Shown piece by piece: positions 1 through 12,950 of a stretch of DNA of 64,000 nucleotides; positions within the stretch are counted from its first letter, which is position 1; every line of letters starts with the position of its first letter. Origin of the DNA: Felis catus (taxonomy: Eukaryota); assembly GCF_018350175.1 (NCBI RefSeq), contig NC_058383.1, positions 23,128,001 through 23,192,000 on the forward strand, read 5' to 3'. The notes under the pieces were generated by a model that saw nothing but the letters and a program-made list of their open reading frames with translations, did no database searches and was not told the origin of the DNA. Position numbers and translations under genes: made by a program.

Positions 1-40
1 GTTCTGCGTCATGAGTCATCTGGCTCTGGTAACATACATG

Positions 41-365
41 CATTCATTCATGCATGTCATTCATGCAGTGACTATTGAGCTTGGCACAGAAGTTAACCAA
101 AAGGCAAACATCTTTGTCTCTACAGAGCTTACGTTCTAATGCTGGGGAGACAGGCAAGAAACACAGTCAATACATAAAGTATATGGCACGTTAAGAACAG
201 TAAGTGCTCTGGGGCAAAATAAGGCAGGCAAGACATATAGAAGTTCTGGAGGTTGGAGGAGAGGTGATCAGGGAAGCCTTCCCAGAAGGCAAGGTTTGAG
301 AAAAGTCCTGAAAGGTGAGAAAGTGAGCCCTGAAGAAGGCAAGCCTGGACAGAGGGAACAGAACT
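41..365 (-). mobile_element. L2 (L2a-like) 3' fragment
   Basis: Starts with cattcattca (reverse of the L2 (tgaa)n tail), followed by L2-type 'gagcttacgttcta', 'atcagggaagccttccc' and 'cagagggaacag'. Confidence 0.7.
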
Positions 366-879
366 TTGCCTAATCCTGGAGCAGCCAAGATGCAGGACCC
401 TGACCCCCAGGTGCAAAGCCCTGAGTGACTCCCAATACAGAGGGAAGCCATACAAAATCCCGTTGCTCTCATCTCATTGTGGCAACAAAATTTGACCTGC
501 TCCTCACCACTGGGTGGGCACAGGGGCTGTTAACTAAGCCCTGCCAACAGTTACCACCTTCTTCTCATGAAGTCAGGTCTGATCTGTTCAATGAACCCCA
601 ATTAAGCACTGATTCCATTGTCTGGACCTAAACTTGAAGGTCAGAGACTGGTCAACAAACCTGACACAGAAAATCTCAATCACAGTTGGAATCTCAAGTG
701 TGAGGAACTGAGCAGGGTCATGGAGGGTGGTGTCGGGGCTGTCCACCTCTGACATTCTCTCATTCCATACCCTGCTCGCTCATACTCTAGGCTCTTTCTG
801 GGTCTCAGGGCTACCAAGTCTGTACCTGCTGCAGGACTCTAGCTGTCTCTTTCCCTTGAATTCTCCCCAGGCCTTCCAG

Positions 880-1140
880 GGGTGAGTATTTAGGCTTAGG
901 ACAAATGTTTCCTCTTCAGGAAGGCCTGCAGGGCTACCCTGCAGCCTGTGTGCTGTCACTCTGTGCCTCGTTCTTATTTCCTTCTTATCACTGCCACCAT
1001 CTGAAATGATTGGTGCTGGTGTCCCCTCTCCCTCATCCTCTCCAGGAGAGCTAGGACCCAGTTTCTCCCATTCACCCCTCCATCCCTGGTGCCTAACAAA
1101 CAGGAGGTGCTCAATAAATATCAACCAATGAATAATTGAT
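880..1140 (+). mobile_element. L2 3' end fragment
   Basis: Ends in gtgctcaataaatatcaaccaatgaat, the L2 terminal motif. Confidence 0.65.
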
Positions 1141-1227
1141 GTGTTCTTGAATAACCTACACATCTGAGTGTCTCTCCTCCTACCCACAGCCCTCTGCCTA
1201 CTGTTCAGGCCTGTGTGGCACATGCTT

Positions 1228-1379
1228 TAGAGTTTGATTTTTTTTGAGCTTATTTATTTATTTATTTATTTAGAGAGATAGAGAAAGAGAGAGGCAGAGA
1301 GAGAGAATCCCAAGCAGGCCCTGAGCCACCAGCACAGAGCCTGACGCAGAGCTTGATCCCACAAACCATGAGATCATGG
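1228..1379 (-). mobile_element. 5'-truncated Can-SINE (SINEC)
   Basis: T-rich tail, (ga)n, gagaatcccaagcagg...gagatcatg. Flanked by a 16-bp TSD tgtgtggcacat(g/t)ctt at 1212-1227 and 1380-1395. Confidence 0.85.
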
Positions 1380-1446
1380 TGTGTGGCACATTCTTGGATG
1401 CTCCCACTGGCCATGAGAACTGTTGTTATCCATCTTGCAAGACTTA

Positions 1447-1580
1447 GGGCAATGTAGTGATTAAGAACATGAATTGGGGATCCAGATGGGCTTGCTTTGA
1501 CATCTGGCTCTGCCCCTTACAAACGGTGCACCCTGGGCAAGTTAATTAACCTCTTTGAGCCTCGGTTTTCCCACCTGAGC
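1447..1580 (+). mobile_element. MIR
   Basis: Core ctgggcaagttaattaacctctttgagcctcggttttcccacctg. Confidence 0.75.
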
Positions 1581-2701
1581 AGAGGACACTTTCAGTAAAT
1601 AGTAGCCTTTGTTATTCTGCCCAGTGTTTACCAGATTCCTATGTCCCAGAAGGGTGGCTTGTACCACTTTCCTCCCAAGATGAAAGCCTTGGCCTAGGCT
1701 GGATCCTCCAGAGACCCCTGCAGAGGGATGGACACATCGAAAAAGTCCAGGCTCAGTGATTGTGCCTCTGGGGACCAAGAGTTAATGATCCAGGAACAGT
1801 TAATGAGCTTCCTCCTCTGCTCTCTCCCATCGCAGGTGGCATGGCAGCCTTCCAGCCCAGCGGCTGCTCCCTGCACCTGCCCCCTCCACATCCAATTTCT
1901 TTGCAGTGTCCTAAAAAGCTAACCAAGCTGAAATCACTTATACCAAGGCTCTAAAACTCCTGCACCATTATTCAGTGTTCTCAAGGCTTCAACCTCATCA
2001 CCGCCTCCTCATCCTTTCCATCTGCTGGGAGCAGTTGAAGGACCCAGTGATAACCGCTGAGATGGTCTCTTTGGTGCTGCCCATCTGGCCCTGCTTGGGT
2101 GGGGAGAACAGAGTGAGGCTTCCCTGAATGGCTTCCTTTGGTTGTGAATTCCTGCAACATCCCTTCTCATCCTTGGGCATTCTTCCTGGTGCTTTCCAAG
2201 GTAGCCCCATACATTAGGGTCACAATCATATTATCAGATAAAAAATGCCACCAGTGATTACCCCTGGAGAGGTGGCAGAACAATGTGGCTTAGAGACTTA
2301 GGAATCAGACTACCTGTATTGAATCTTGGCTCCACCATTTAATAAGTGTGTGATCTTGGCCCAAAATAATGTTGGTGTTCATAAAGTCTCAAGCTAGTAA
2401 TAATAAAAGGAGCTAATATTTACTGAGAGCCAGACAATACTTTGATGAATTCCCTTAATCTTCAGAAGATGGATATGTTAATAGATAACTTTTGGAGGTG
2501 TTTAGGGCTGTGCCTCAGCTGGGACTGGACCAGAAGCCTATGATCCCCCAGACATTATTTGCATGGTAAGTTGCATCAGGGCTAGGGCCCTGTGATGAAG
2601 ACATTGTAAATGTTCATTTCCAGGCTCAGAGAAGACAAGCAGACATGTCCTTAGCAGAGCCTAGCCCAGCCCACACCACATCCTCTTGACCCTTGTCAAA
2701 T

Positions 2702-3112
2702 TTTAGCAGCAGCTATGGTGGTCAGTCCTTGTGCATGTTGACAGTGTCCTACCTCAAGTACCCATCTCCTCTCTGTTTCTCTGTCTCACTGAGAGCGGCT
2801 TAGCCCTTGGACAGGCAGGGGAGAAAATGCCCCCAGGGATAGACCTCAACCAATGGGATATGGGAGAAGGGATAAATATCTCAGTCTCCTGTCCTTCAGA
2901 GAGACATTTCCTCAGAGTGCCCATGGTAGAACTGAGTTCTACTTACCCACAACAGTTATTGGGTCAACAGCACACAATTTATTGACTTTTCTCTTTCCCC
3001 TATTACTCTACCTACTTCTTCACTTCTACTTCTTGGGGTCACCTCCCAAATAAACTACTGGCATCTAAATCCTTGCCTCTGGCTCTGCTTTGAGGGATCC
3101 CAAACTAAGACA
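2702..3112 (+). mobile_element. ERVL solo LTR, LTR16-like
   Basis: gacctcaaccaatggg, cacctcccaaataaactact and terminal ctctgctttgagggatcccaaactaagaca match recalled LTR16 features. Confidence 0.7.
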
Positions 3113-3294
3113 GTGACACAAGTTCTGGGAGCTCAAGGGAACTAGCCTCTGGTCTGTGCACTGCTTTCTTTGCTGATTCCCAGTATGCTGACAGAGCAGA
3201 CATGGCCGATGCACAGGAACAGTGGGACTCAGATGGTGTTCAAGCACATGTGCAACATCCTCCAAGGCTCCCAGCAAAACTTGGAGTAGTGCTG

Positions 3295-3714
3295 TCATGT
3301 TGACTCCTTGCTGCTCCCCCAAAGTATACTCTTCCCTTCTTTTAGTTATAGGACTCTGTAAACTGTTCAGTGGAAACTGCATTTCTCAGCCTCCTTTGCA
3401 GTTAGGTATGACCATCTTCTTGCCATTGGAATATGAGAGGAAGTAATGTGTCACTTCCTTAAAAGGAAATTGCTTGGCCTCTGTTTCCTCTCTCTGGGGG
3501 ATGTTGGTGGTAGTGCATGAGCTCTGACTTAGATGAGAACAAGATGGAAGGAACCTGGGACCCTGAGTGACATCATAGAACAAAGTCACCTCCCTGTCCA
3601 GAACCACCATTCATTTCTGGGATATTACATGAGAGAGAAATAAACTTCTATTTTCCCTGAACTACTATGTATTTGAGTCTCTCTGTTCCAGCAACTTATC
3701 CTGTGCCCTAATGA
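3295..3714 (+). mobile_element. MaLR solo LTR, MLT1J/I-like
   Basis: catttctcagcctcctttgcagttaggtatgaccat; aagatggaaggaacctgggaccctga; gagagagaaataaacttcta. Confidence 0.7.
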
Positions 3715-3956
3715 AGGGGTCTGAGCAAGCAAATTATGAGTATAAATGCTGATGTGACCTCATTTGTGCCCCAAGGCTGGTGAGGCCCAGGGGCATTCAG
3801 GTTATATAACTCCCCTGGGTGGTGTGCTGAGTGCTACAAACAGGGCACCTGGAAGTCAAGTGAGACCCAGGCTCCTCTCTGACTTGTCACAGACCTCAGA
3901 GGCTCTCTTCTCAGCTTGTGTCCCCTTTCCTGTAATGCTGTATACTTCCCTGTTCT

Positions 3957-4403
3957 TTTTCTTTTTTTTTTTATATGAAATTTATTGTCAAATGGGTTTC
4001 TATACAACACCCAGTGCTCATCCCAACAGGTGTCCTCCTCAATGCCCATCACCCACTTTCCCCTCCTTCCCACCCTGTATCAAACCTCAGTTTATTCTCA
4101 GTTTTTAAGAGTCTCTTATGGTTTGGCTCCCTCCCTCTCTAACTTTTTTTTCCCTTCCCCTCCCCCATGGTCTTCTGTTAAGTTTCTCAGGATCCACATA
4201 AGAGTGAAAACATATGGTACCTGTCTTTCTCTGTATGACTTATTTCACTTAGCAGAACACTCTCCAGTTCCACGTTGCTACAAAATATTTTATTCTTTCT
4301 CATTGCCAAGTCAGAGTGGCTAAAATGAACAAATCAGGAGACTATAGATACTGGAGAGGACATGGAGAAGCACTGTTGGTGGGAATGCAAACTGGTACAG
4401 CCA
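3957..4403 (-). mobile_element. Carnivore/felid L1 3' end with an inverted 5' segment
   Basis: Poly-T plus L1 3'UTR on the minus strand (3957-~4310), then an ORF2 C-terminal piece on the plus strand (~4310-4403). TSD ccctgttct at 3948-3956 and 4404-4412. Confidence 0.85.
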
Positions 4404-4660
4404 CCCTGTTCTCTCTTCCAAATGCTCTCTTCCCAGTCTTGGCTGTATATCAGGCTTGGGCTATATTGTGTGTAGAGGGCTTTAAAGGGAATACTCAGTA
4501 AGCTTTGGGGAACTGGGCTCCACAGTAAACAGGCAGCAGCTCTGGAGCAACCATGCCTTAGCTTGTGTCTTCTCATCTTTGTTGTTCAGGGCAGTAGTTC
4601 ACCTTTTGGGCATCCTGTATCTCCCTATCTGTTGAACAGAGCCAGATGGTGATGACTTGT

Positions 4661-5266
4661 GGTATTAGTTTTCTATTGCTGTGTAAATAATTACCATAAT
4701 TTTGGCAGCTTAAGATAGCATCCATTTCTTACCTCACAGTTCTGTGGGTCAGGACTCAGGGTGGGCTCAGCTGGGTTCTCAATTTCAGGTTTCCCAAGGC
4801 TGAAAACCAAGATGTCAGCCTGACCAGGCTGTCATCTTGAGGCCCTGGTGGAAAAAACTACTTCCAGGGTCATTCAGAGTGTTGGCAGAATTCAATTCCT
4901 GGTGGTTGTAGCACTGAAATCCTAGCCTTCTTGCCTGTTATTGGTTCACAGTCCCCTTCATGTTCAAAGCCAGTGATGGCACATTAAATCCTCCTCAACA
5001 TTCAAAAATCTCTCTGACTTTACTCTTCTGCTATCAGCTTGATAAAATGCTCAGTCTTAAAGGGCTTCCATGATTTTATTAGACTTACCACATAGCCTCT
5101 TTTTTGGTGAACTCAAAGTCAAATGATAAGTAACCTTAATTACATCTGCAAAATCCCTTTTGCCACATAAGGTAATGTGATCACAGGCATGATTGTGCCT
5201 CATATTCACAGTCTTGGACATTACAGCAGGAAACCTTGGGGCCATCTTAGAATTCTGCCCACCACA
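4661..5266 (-). mobile_element. MaLR solo LTR, MLT1E-like
   Basis: Termini gtattagttttctattgct... and ...gccatcttagaattctgcccaccaca (reverse complement of the MLT1E start). Confidence 0.8.
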
Positions 5267-6839
5267 TCTGGAGTCCCTTGAATTTTAGAATGTTTAACTT
5301 TCACCCTTCCTCTGGGGGAAGGAAAGGTGATCTCTCAATGCTGGATTTGGGGGAAAAGCCCTACTATTGAAAGGTGTCCAAGAGTTCTTAGAGGGGGTGA
5401 GATGAAGAACCAGAAGCACAGTTAATCTTGGATGAAGGACAGACATTTGATTTGCTCACCCAGGCATATTTATTGAGAACCTTTAGCACTAGGCATTCAG
5501 GATCTGGCAATCAACAGAACAGAGGCAGCCCATGACTTCACGGAGTGGATGGTCCAGTGCTGTCACAGATCTTGAAGATGATGAGGACTTCCCAAGGAGA
5601 ACTCTAGGGTTCAGTGGGAGGGAAACGGAAGCTGGAATGTCTGCTAAGGGTGAAGAGAGTAGGGATAAGAACAGGGTTGAAGTAAAGTTTTACAGTTTCT
5701 GTGAGTAATGGGAAGGACACCATCTTCTTGGTGAGGTTAGAGCTCAAACACTAAAGAGAACTGAGTCCTCTAAGAATCCTGAGATTTCCTTGGGTCCCAT
5801 GGATCACCAAGAAACTCTATGACTTAGCTGATTAGCTTATCCTGGGGGTCACCTACTTGAGTAGAAATGACTACCAGGGCAGGAACTTGACATAAGTCAA
5901 TGAAGCAGCCTGAGTGTGAACTAAACAATAGGGCAAGCATGAAGGCAAATGGGAACTGGCCTGTGGCCTCAGTGTCACAGGGTAACAGGGAGCAATGATG
6001 TCTCTGCACACTGAAGCATGGACACCCATCTAAAGGGAAGGGTGGTCCAGCTGATGGCACCATTGGGGACAGATCATCTGGTCTCCTGATTTTTAACTAA
6101 ATTCAAATGATTTTGTGAAATATCCCAAAATATTTTAAATTTTAAGTAATTTAAAATTTAAGTAATTTTTTTTTAAATGTAAGGATCTTCGGAGAGGTGA
6201 CACATATGTGGGTGTTTATGGCCCAGGGCCAGCCTGCAGGATTCTGTTTGTGACTTTCAGCAGAGTTGCCCTCACTGAGTCAAATTTGGATGCTTTGTCA
6301 GCAGCATCAACTGAGAACAGTTCTGAGAAGGCGGGTGGCCTCTGCGTCTCAGGGTTCCCAGCCAGAAGTTCTGCACGGGAAATACCTTTGAGATTTCAGC
6401 TTAGGAAATCTTATGTCTCCTCCTTGATATTCCCTTTGCTTTCTCCTCTTCCATCATGACCTTGAGAACAATCATGTTGCCTTTTCTGCCATGCGTATTA
6501 GACACTCATCATTCAATTCTACTTATCCCTCCTCCAGAACCCAGTATTTTGTCTTCTCTTCCTCCTTAAAGCCTTTAACTCAGGCATCTGTACAGGCTTC
6601 TCTTCCATTTCCTAGTACTTGCTGTCTGCCTCTGGGCAGGGGAAGTGGGCATTTTATTTAGCTCTGTATCTGCAGTGCCTGGTACATGGTGGGCACTCAA
6701 TAAATACCTGAGGGTTGGACAAATGACGTGTTGGCCATTACTTTTGGTTCATACCAGAAGTGAACATGTGTAAAAAGAACTCTGAAATTTGTGTAACTGC
6801 CATTATTGAGAACTCTCCTTCAGTGTCCCTTAATTAATT

Positions 6840-6932
6840 AGGGTGACCAACCATCCTCATTTTCGCAAGACTGAGGGTATTCTTGGGATGTAGTACTTTT
6901 AATCCAGAAAACTAGGATGCGTTGGTCTCCTG
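6840..6932 (-). mobile_element. hAT-Blackjack MITE, MER81-like
   Basis: TIR agggtgaccaacc, then gactgagggtattcttgggatgtagtacttt. Confidence 0.65.
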
Positions 6933-6976
6933 CCCTTAAATAAAGATTCAGAGGAAAACAAGATTCTCTTGAAGCT

Positions 6977-6977
<1 letters not shown>

Positions 6978-7009
<32 letters not shown>
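6978..7009 (+). repeat. A32 homopolymer
   Basis: 32 consecutive A with no adjacent SINE or L1 body. Confidence 0.95.
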
Positions 7010-7011
<2 letters not shown>

Positions 7012-7351
7012 AAAAAGACCATTTCTCCTGCTAAACTGGGATGTTTCCTTTTGTCTGATGATGAGATGTTGCGAAGCACTCATGTTTCCCTCTTCGCCTT
7101 GACCTCTAAGAAGCTCCAAGATAACTTCTCTGGATAATTTCAGGAGCATCTGTCAGTCTAGTTAGTGTGAAATAATTGCTTCATTGCCTCTGCCTTGGTT
7201 TTTATTGTCTTTTTCCTCTTTAAAAATTTTAACATGTGGTGAAAATTGCACCCAGAATTACATTAAATTATTATTACCTGGCAAACATGAGGGAATGTTT
7301 ATGTCTTTTTGTTTCATGTGGCTACTATTCTATTCTATGTGTTTATTATTT

Positions 7352-7564
7352 CAGGGGTTGGCAAACTATGGTCTGTAGGTCAAATCTGGGACTGCTGCCT
7401 CTTTTTGTAAATAAACTTTTATTGGAATAGAGCTATGCTTATTAACTTACATATTGTCCATGTCTGTTTTACTGTTACAATGGCAGAGTTGAGTAGCCAT
7501 GACAGAGACTGTGTGGCCCAAAAAGCCTAAAATATTTACCATCTGCAAAGTTTGCTGATCCCTG
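7352..7564 (-). mobile_element. hAT-Charlie MITE MER58A
   Basis: TIRs caggggttggcaaact...agtttgctgatccctg; internal aataaacttttattggaa and aagcctaaaatatttacc. Confidence 0.85.
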
Positions 7565-8598
7565 CATTGTATCAGAAACCTCAAATCCTTTTGAAAGGGT
7601 TTATACAAAATTTCAAATTTTACATATATATGTATACTTTCTGTTCCAAAAGGTAGTACCTGTATATATTTCTAAAAGTAATATATGCTCATTATAAAAA
7701 TGTTAACATCACAGAAATATGCAATGAAGATAGTAACCATCCCCCACCCCCCTTTTTAAGTAATCCCTTTTTAAACTCCGTTCCTACAAGTGGCCTCAGT
7801 TAACTAGTTGGTATAGATTCCTCCTGATTCCTTTCAGTACCTAAACTCATCTACGTGTATCATTAAAATACTAAAAAAGAAACAAATCTCCATGTGAGCA
7901 GATTTTCCTGGGTAAGCATTCTTAAATTCTCCGTCAGCAGCATTTTTTAGCTGCTTCTCCACTGACACACTCACTGACATTTCTCACTCATTGTTTCCAA
8001 TATCTTTCCTCATTGATCTAGTTTAATCAAAAGCCCTTCCTAACTCATCTTCACAACAGCAACATCCTTGAAAGTTCTAATTATTCCTGGTGCCTCTCAT
8101 TATACTAATTATTCTTTTTTTAATCATTACTAATTACTGTTACTTTAGAACATCTCTCAGAACTAGTGAGGATATCAGATGCCTGAAGATTGTCACCTAG
8201 CTTCCAAACCATTAAGCTAAGTACTTAGGACGGTGGCTTCTGCAGATCATCCACTTGCTTCTGGGAGATCACTCAGCCCCAGAAGTCCAAGTCTTGTAGG
8301 GCATCTGTTGTCACCTAGAAACCGAGGTCCATAGTGTTTTCTACATCCTGATTGGACCAGTTTCCTTTATCCCCCTCTTACCTCCCCAAACTTTTCCTCT
8401 GTGCCCTCTGGAATTCCCAGTTTGTAGCCAGCAGACATCCCTATATTCTCAACATCTTCTCTGACATTGTCTTTCATTTCTTGTCTTAGCTTGCACCCAG
8501 AGGTCCCCCAACCTTCCTGAGTGTCTCTGTCACCACATGTACCTCAGTGTTCCCCTTTGCCACCTCCAAAACATTTTCCCTTTCAAAAAAATCCCTGA

Positions 8599-8796
8599 GG
8601 GGCACCCGGGTGGCTCAGTTGGTTAAGTGTCCAACTTCACCTTAGGCCATGATTTCACGGTTCGTGGCTGTGAGCCCCACGTCAGGCTCTGTGCTGACAG
8701 TGAGAGCTTGATTCTCTCTCTCTCCTTCTGTGCCCCTCCCTGACTCATGCTTTCTCTCTCTGTCTCAAAATAAATGAATAAACTAAAAAAAAAAAA
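8599..8796 (+). mobile_element. Can-SINE
   Basis: ggggcacccgggtggctcagttggttaag head, (ct)n and A tail; TSD aaaaaaatccc. Confidence 0.9.
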
Positions 8797-9183
8797 ATCC
8801 CCAAATCTTTCAAGTGAAGTCCTCAGATTGTGGTACCAGCCGCTCCTCCTCAAAGTGGTCATTTATCATCCCCTCAATCATTAAAGACTCTAGTGCCCAA
8901 TTAGTCACTGTCTTTATTTCCAACCTCTCCTCATCATTCTTGGTGATTTCAACATTTACATAGATAACTCATCCAGTCCTTTGACTTCTCCATTCCTTGG
9001 TCTTCCTACACACCTATGACCTATTTCTCCATCTCTCCTCACCTTTTCCTATAGCCTTACCAATGATGGTAACTGTACCGCCTCAACTCTGAATTTCAAG
9101 TCTCCCACTCTCTGACCAATATTTCTTCTTTTATTCTAATACCACCACCCCAATCATTTCCCCAAGTCAGTGGGACTTTTGCT

Positions 9184-9692
9184 CAGTCCTGTCCAATGGA
9201 AATATGATGCAAGCCACATATGCCATTTATGTTTTTCTGGTGGCCACATTAAGAAGTATAAAGTAGGGCCACTTGGGTGGCTCAAGTGGTTAAGCGTCTG
9301 ACTTTGGCTTGGGTCATTATCTCATGATTTGTGAGTTCGAGCCTGAGATCGGGCTTTCTGCTGTCAGCACAGAGCCTGCTAGCGATCCTCTGTCTCCCTC
9401 GCTCTCTGCCCCTTCCCCACTCATTCTCTCTCTCTCTCTCTCAAAAATAAGCATTTTAAAAAAGTATGAAATAAACATTTAAGATTAATTCTAATATTTT
9501 TAATTTAACTCAAGAGATCCAAAATATTATCATTTTATCATTGTAGCCAATATACAATTATTAATGACATTTTACATCTTCCATTGCTCATAAGGTCTTT
9601 GAAATCCATTACAGTGCATTTCAGTTCAGACTAGCCATATTTCAAGTGCTCAATAGCACACGTGACTGGTGGCTACCATATTCGATAGAGCA
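9184..9692. mobile_element. hAT-Charlie MITE MER33, split by a SINE
   Basis: cagtcctgtccaatggaaatatgatgcaagccaca ... gactagccatatttcaagtgctcaatagc...ggctaccatatt. Confidence 0.8.
9266..9462 (+). mobile_element. Can-SINE inside MER33
   Basis: SINEC head, (ct)n and tail; degenerate TSD aagaagtataaagta / aaaaagtatgaaata. Confidence 0.9.
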
Positions 9693-11589
9693 ACAGCTCT
9701 AGTCCACTGACATAATTAAATTTTTATCCAGCCTCTTGAATGTCTTATCTATCCAATATAAGTTCCATGTCTTATTATTATCATCACACTATTTCAGATA
9801 TCCTCCACTCTCCCGTCATCTATTCATCTGGAAAAAAATTTCATTATTTGTTGGACCAAACTGTCAGTCTATACTCAGGCAATTGAATACCACAGGAGAA
9901 AATCACATCTAGGCTGCCTTGCTTCACCTTAGTTTCATGACCACAGATTTCAGGTTGGCACAGAAGTTTCCCCAGAAACCTCATCACACACTCCTCATTG
10001 AATTTGCTTAATCGGTTTCTGAGACTACCATTTCAAATGTTTCTGCCTTTTCTCAAGCCTCCCTCCTTCCCCCAACCTCTTCCTTTCAGCAGATGCCCTG
10101 CTTCATTATTCACTGCCAGTTGTCACAAATGTAACACGTCAGGATGGAACCCTATACTTCCCAGCCTGTTCAATTCAGATGATGGGTCCACCATCAAGCC
10201 CAAAACCTAGGAGTCAGCCTTAATCCCCTCCTCACTTCTAATTTACCAACCCATTTTGTAGTCTAAAAAGAACCTAAAATCTATCCCCTTCTCTTGGAGT
10301 CTAGAGCCACCACCTTGGATATCAGTCCCCACCCCTTGCTCAGACTTCAGCAACAGCTAACTGGTCTTCCTTGTTTCCATTCTACCACCTTGCAATCCGT
10401 TTTCCACTCAGCAGCCAGAACAGTCTTTAAAAAACATAAATAAATTGGAGCGTGTTGCTCCCTTTCTTAAAGTCCTTGTTTCCATGGCTACAGAGGTCTT
10501 CCATGATGGCCCTTGCATCTTCAGTGTAATCTTTCATTGCTCTCTGGTCCACTCCCCACACTGCAGTCTTACTGGCTTCTCTCTCGTTTCTGAAACACAC
10601 CAAGCTCTTTCTTGCTTCCTGTTTTTTTGCATCGCTGTTCCCTCTGCCTGGAAAGATCCTATCCTAGTGTTTCTCATGATGAGTTCCTTTCTTCCTTTTG
10701 CTTTTTAGAGACATCTTCCCTTAAAACCCCATGTAAAGCTCTCCTCTCCCCCTCCCATCAGTTAATTTCTTACCAGGTCTCTCAGTTATTTCCCTCATGG
10801 CACTTATTATCTGAAACTGCCTGGTTTATTTCCTCATTTACTTCTTTATTACCTGTTTACCCACTAGAAATAAGCTCCATGATGGTAAGGATGTTGTCTT
10901 GTCCACCATTGTATTCCCTGAGCCTGGCACAGTATTCAGTACATAACAAATTCAATGAATATTAATTGAATGAATGAAAGAACAAGTCAAAGAACTGGAT
11001 GCCCCAGTATTTCAGGGCTCCCCTCATTACTGTGAAATGCACAGACTCCCAAGATTGAACTTAACAGCCCAAGCAAGATCATTAACCTCCTATCTGGGTC
11101 ACTGAGATTGACAAAGTACCCTCTTTCCCCCACCTTGATAGAGATCATGCCTATAAATACTTCTGGGTGTCTGAGCTCTCTAAATGTGGTAAAACAGCAA
11201 GTCTAAATAGACTGTTTTCCTGACAGGGTTGGGTCAACAGAATATATTATTCCAGAGAGACAGATGGGGTTGAAGCCTCAGGGCTACATCAGTTCAGGAG
11301 CTCAAGGGATGTTCATCACACAGGCTGTACAAATAGGCTGTGACCTAGTAGCAGTTCTGGGAACTTATCATATATTCACTTTAAAAATCATGCTGGCTTC
11401 TGTATGCATTGGAAGGAGGCAAGAAGGGATATGGGGCATCCATTAGTAGTCATTCATTTGCAAGTGACAGAAAAATCAACTCAGATTGGTTCCAGAAATA
11501 CAAGAATGTATGGACTTATGTAACTGAGAATTCTGAGGGTGTATGGCTTCAGGTATAGGTGGATCCAGGGGCTCAAAGCTACCATTATG

Positions 11590-12228
11590 ATGTGCAGCTT
11601 AGTTCCCTCTTCTCTTTTGAGCATGGGCTGTGCTTAATGACTTGACTCCAAAGAACAGAGTATGGGAAGGGGTAAAAACAAGGTAACTTAAGTAGAGAAG
11701 CGTGGCACACAGTATATTGGCCAGGTGACCAAGGTCAACAGTGACAGCCATTTTGATAATATATACCTCCTGCTGTGATGTGATCAGGGGGGCACTTCAC
11801 TTCTGGAGCATTTCTCCCCCAAGCCCATAACTCTAGTCCAATCACCAGAGAAACATCAGAAAAACCCAAATTAAGGGACATTCTGCAAAATACTTGACCG
11901 ATACTCTGTCAAACTCCTAATGCCATGAAAAATAATGAAATACTGAGAAGCTAAGGAGACATGAGAATTAAATGGAATATGATCTCCTGGATTGGATCCT
12001 GGAACTGAAAGTGTCATTAGTGGAAAAGCTAGTGAAGTCTGAATAAAGTCTGGACTTTAGTTAATAGTAATGTACCAGTGTTGGTTTCTTGGCTGTGATA
12101 AATGTACCATGGCAATGTAAGATGTTAACCTTGGGGGAAACTGCGTGAGGGGTATATGGGAACTTTCTGGACTATCTTTGCAACTTTTCTATAAATCTAA
12201 AATTATTTGAAAGCAAAAAGCTTATTAA
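11590..12228 (+). mobile_element. L1MC3/4-like 3' end
   Basis: aaacccaaattaagggacattctgcaaaata; ctggattggatcctggaac; tttgcaacttttctataaatctaaaattatt. Confidence 0.8.
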
Positions 12229-12229
12229 A

Positions 12230-12950
12230 TCCTTAGTACTTACCCATATGAGTTGAACACTTGGGTCTATAAAAAAACCAGCCCATGGATGTTTATAACA
12301 GATTAATAATTGCCAAAACCTGGAAATAACCAAAATGTGTTTAAGTAGATGAATGGATAAATAAACTGTGATATATCCAGACAATGAAGTATTACTCAGT
12401 CCTAAAAAGAAATTAACTACCAAGCCATGAAAAGACATGGAGGAACCTTAAAATACGTATTTTACTAAGTGAAAGAAACCAATCCGAAAAGGCTACACAA
12501 TGTATGACTCTAGCTCTATGACATTTTGGAAAAAGCAAAACTATGGAGACAGTAAAAAATTAGTGGTGGCCAGGGTTTGGGGGATGGAGGAATGAATAGG
12601 CAGAGCACAGGTGGTTCTTAGGGCAGTGAAACTATTCTGTGTGATACTATAATGGTGGATACATGTCATTGGGCATTGGTACAAACCCACAGAATGTACA
12701 ACCCAAGAGTGAACCCTGATATAAACTATGGACTTTGGGTGTTAATGAGGTGTTGGTGTACGTTCATCAACTGTCACAAATGTACCACGCTTGTGGGGGA
12801 TACAGACAGTGAGGAAGGCTTGGGGGAGGGGAGGAATGGGACAGGATTATAAGGAGACACTGCATACTTTCCACTCAGCTTTGCCATGAACCTTACAACT
12901 GCTCTAAAAGTAAAGTCTATTTTAAAAAAAAAAAATTTATTTAAAAAAAT
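12230..12950 (+). mobile_element. L1MC1/2-like 3' end
   Basis: aaagacatggaggaaccttaaa; ccaagagtgaaccctgatataaactatggactttgggt; A-rich tail. Confidence 0.85.

Larger units (their letters stand above)
8400..10980 (+). mobile_element. Long L2 relic (endonuclease region to 3' end), interrupted
   Basis: 8933-8965 translates IILGDFNIYID (APE GDFN motif); pyrimidine-rich L2 body; terminal cctggcacag...tgaatgaatga at ~10920-10978. Confidence 0.7.

Noticed and set aside
1829..1845. CTCF-like atcgcaggtggca (similar at ~63578)
   Set aside because: Two to three mismatches in the CCA part of the core and no upstream motif.
6141..6168. Repeated tttaagtaattt
   Set aside because: Low-complexity AT-rich slippage of no evident significance.
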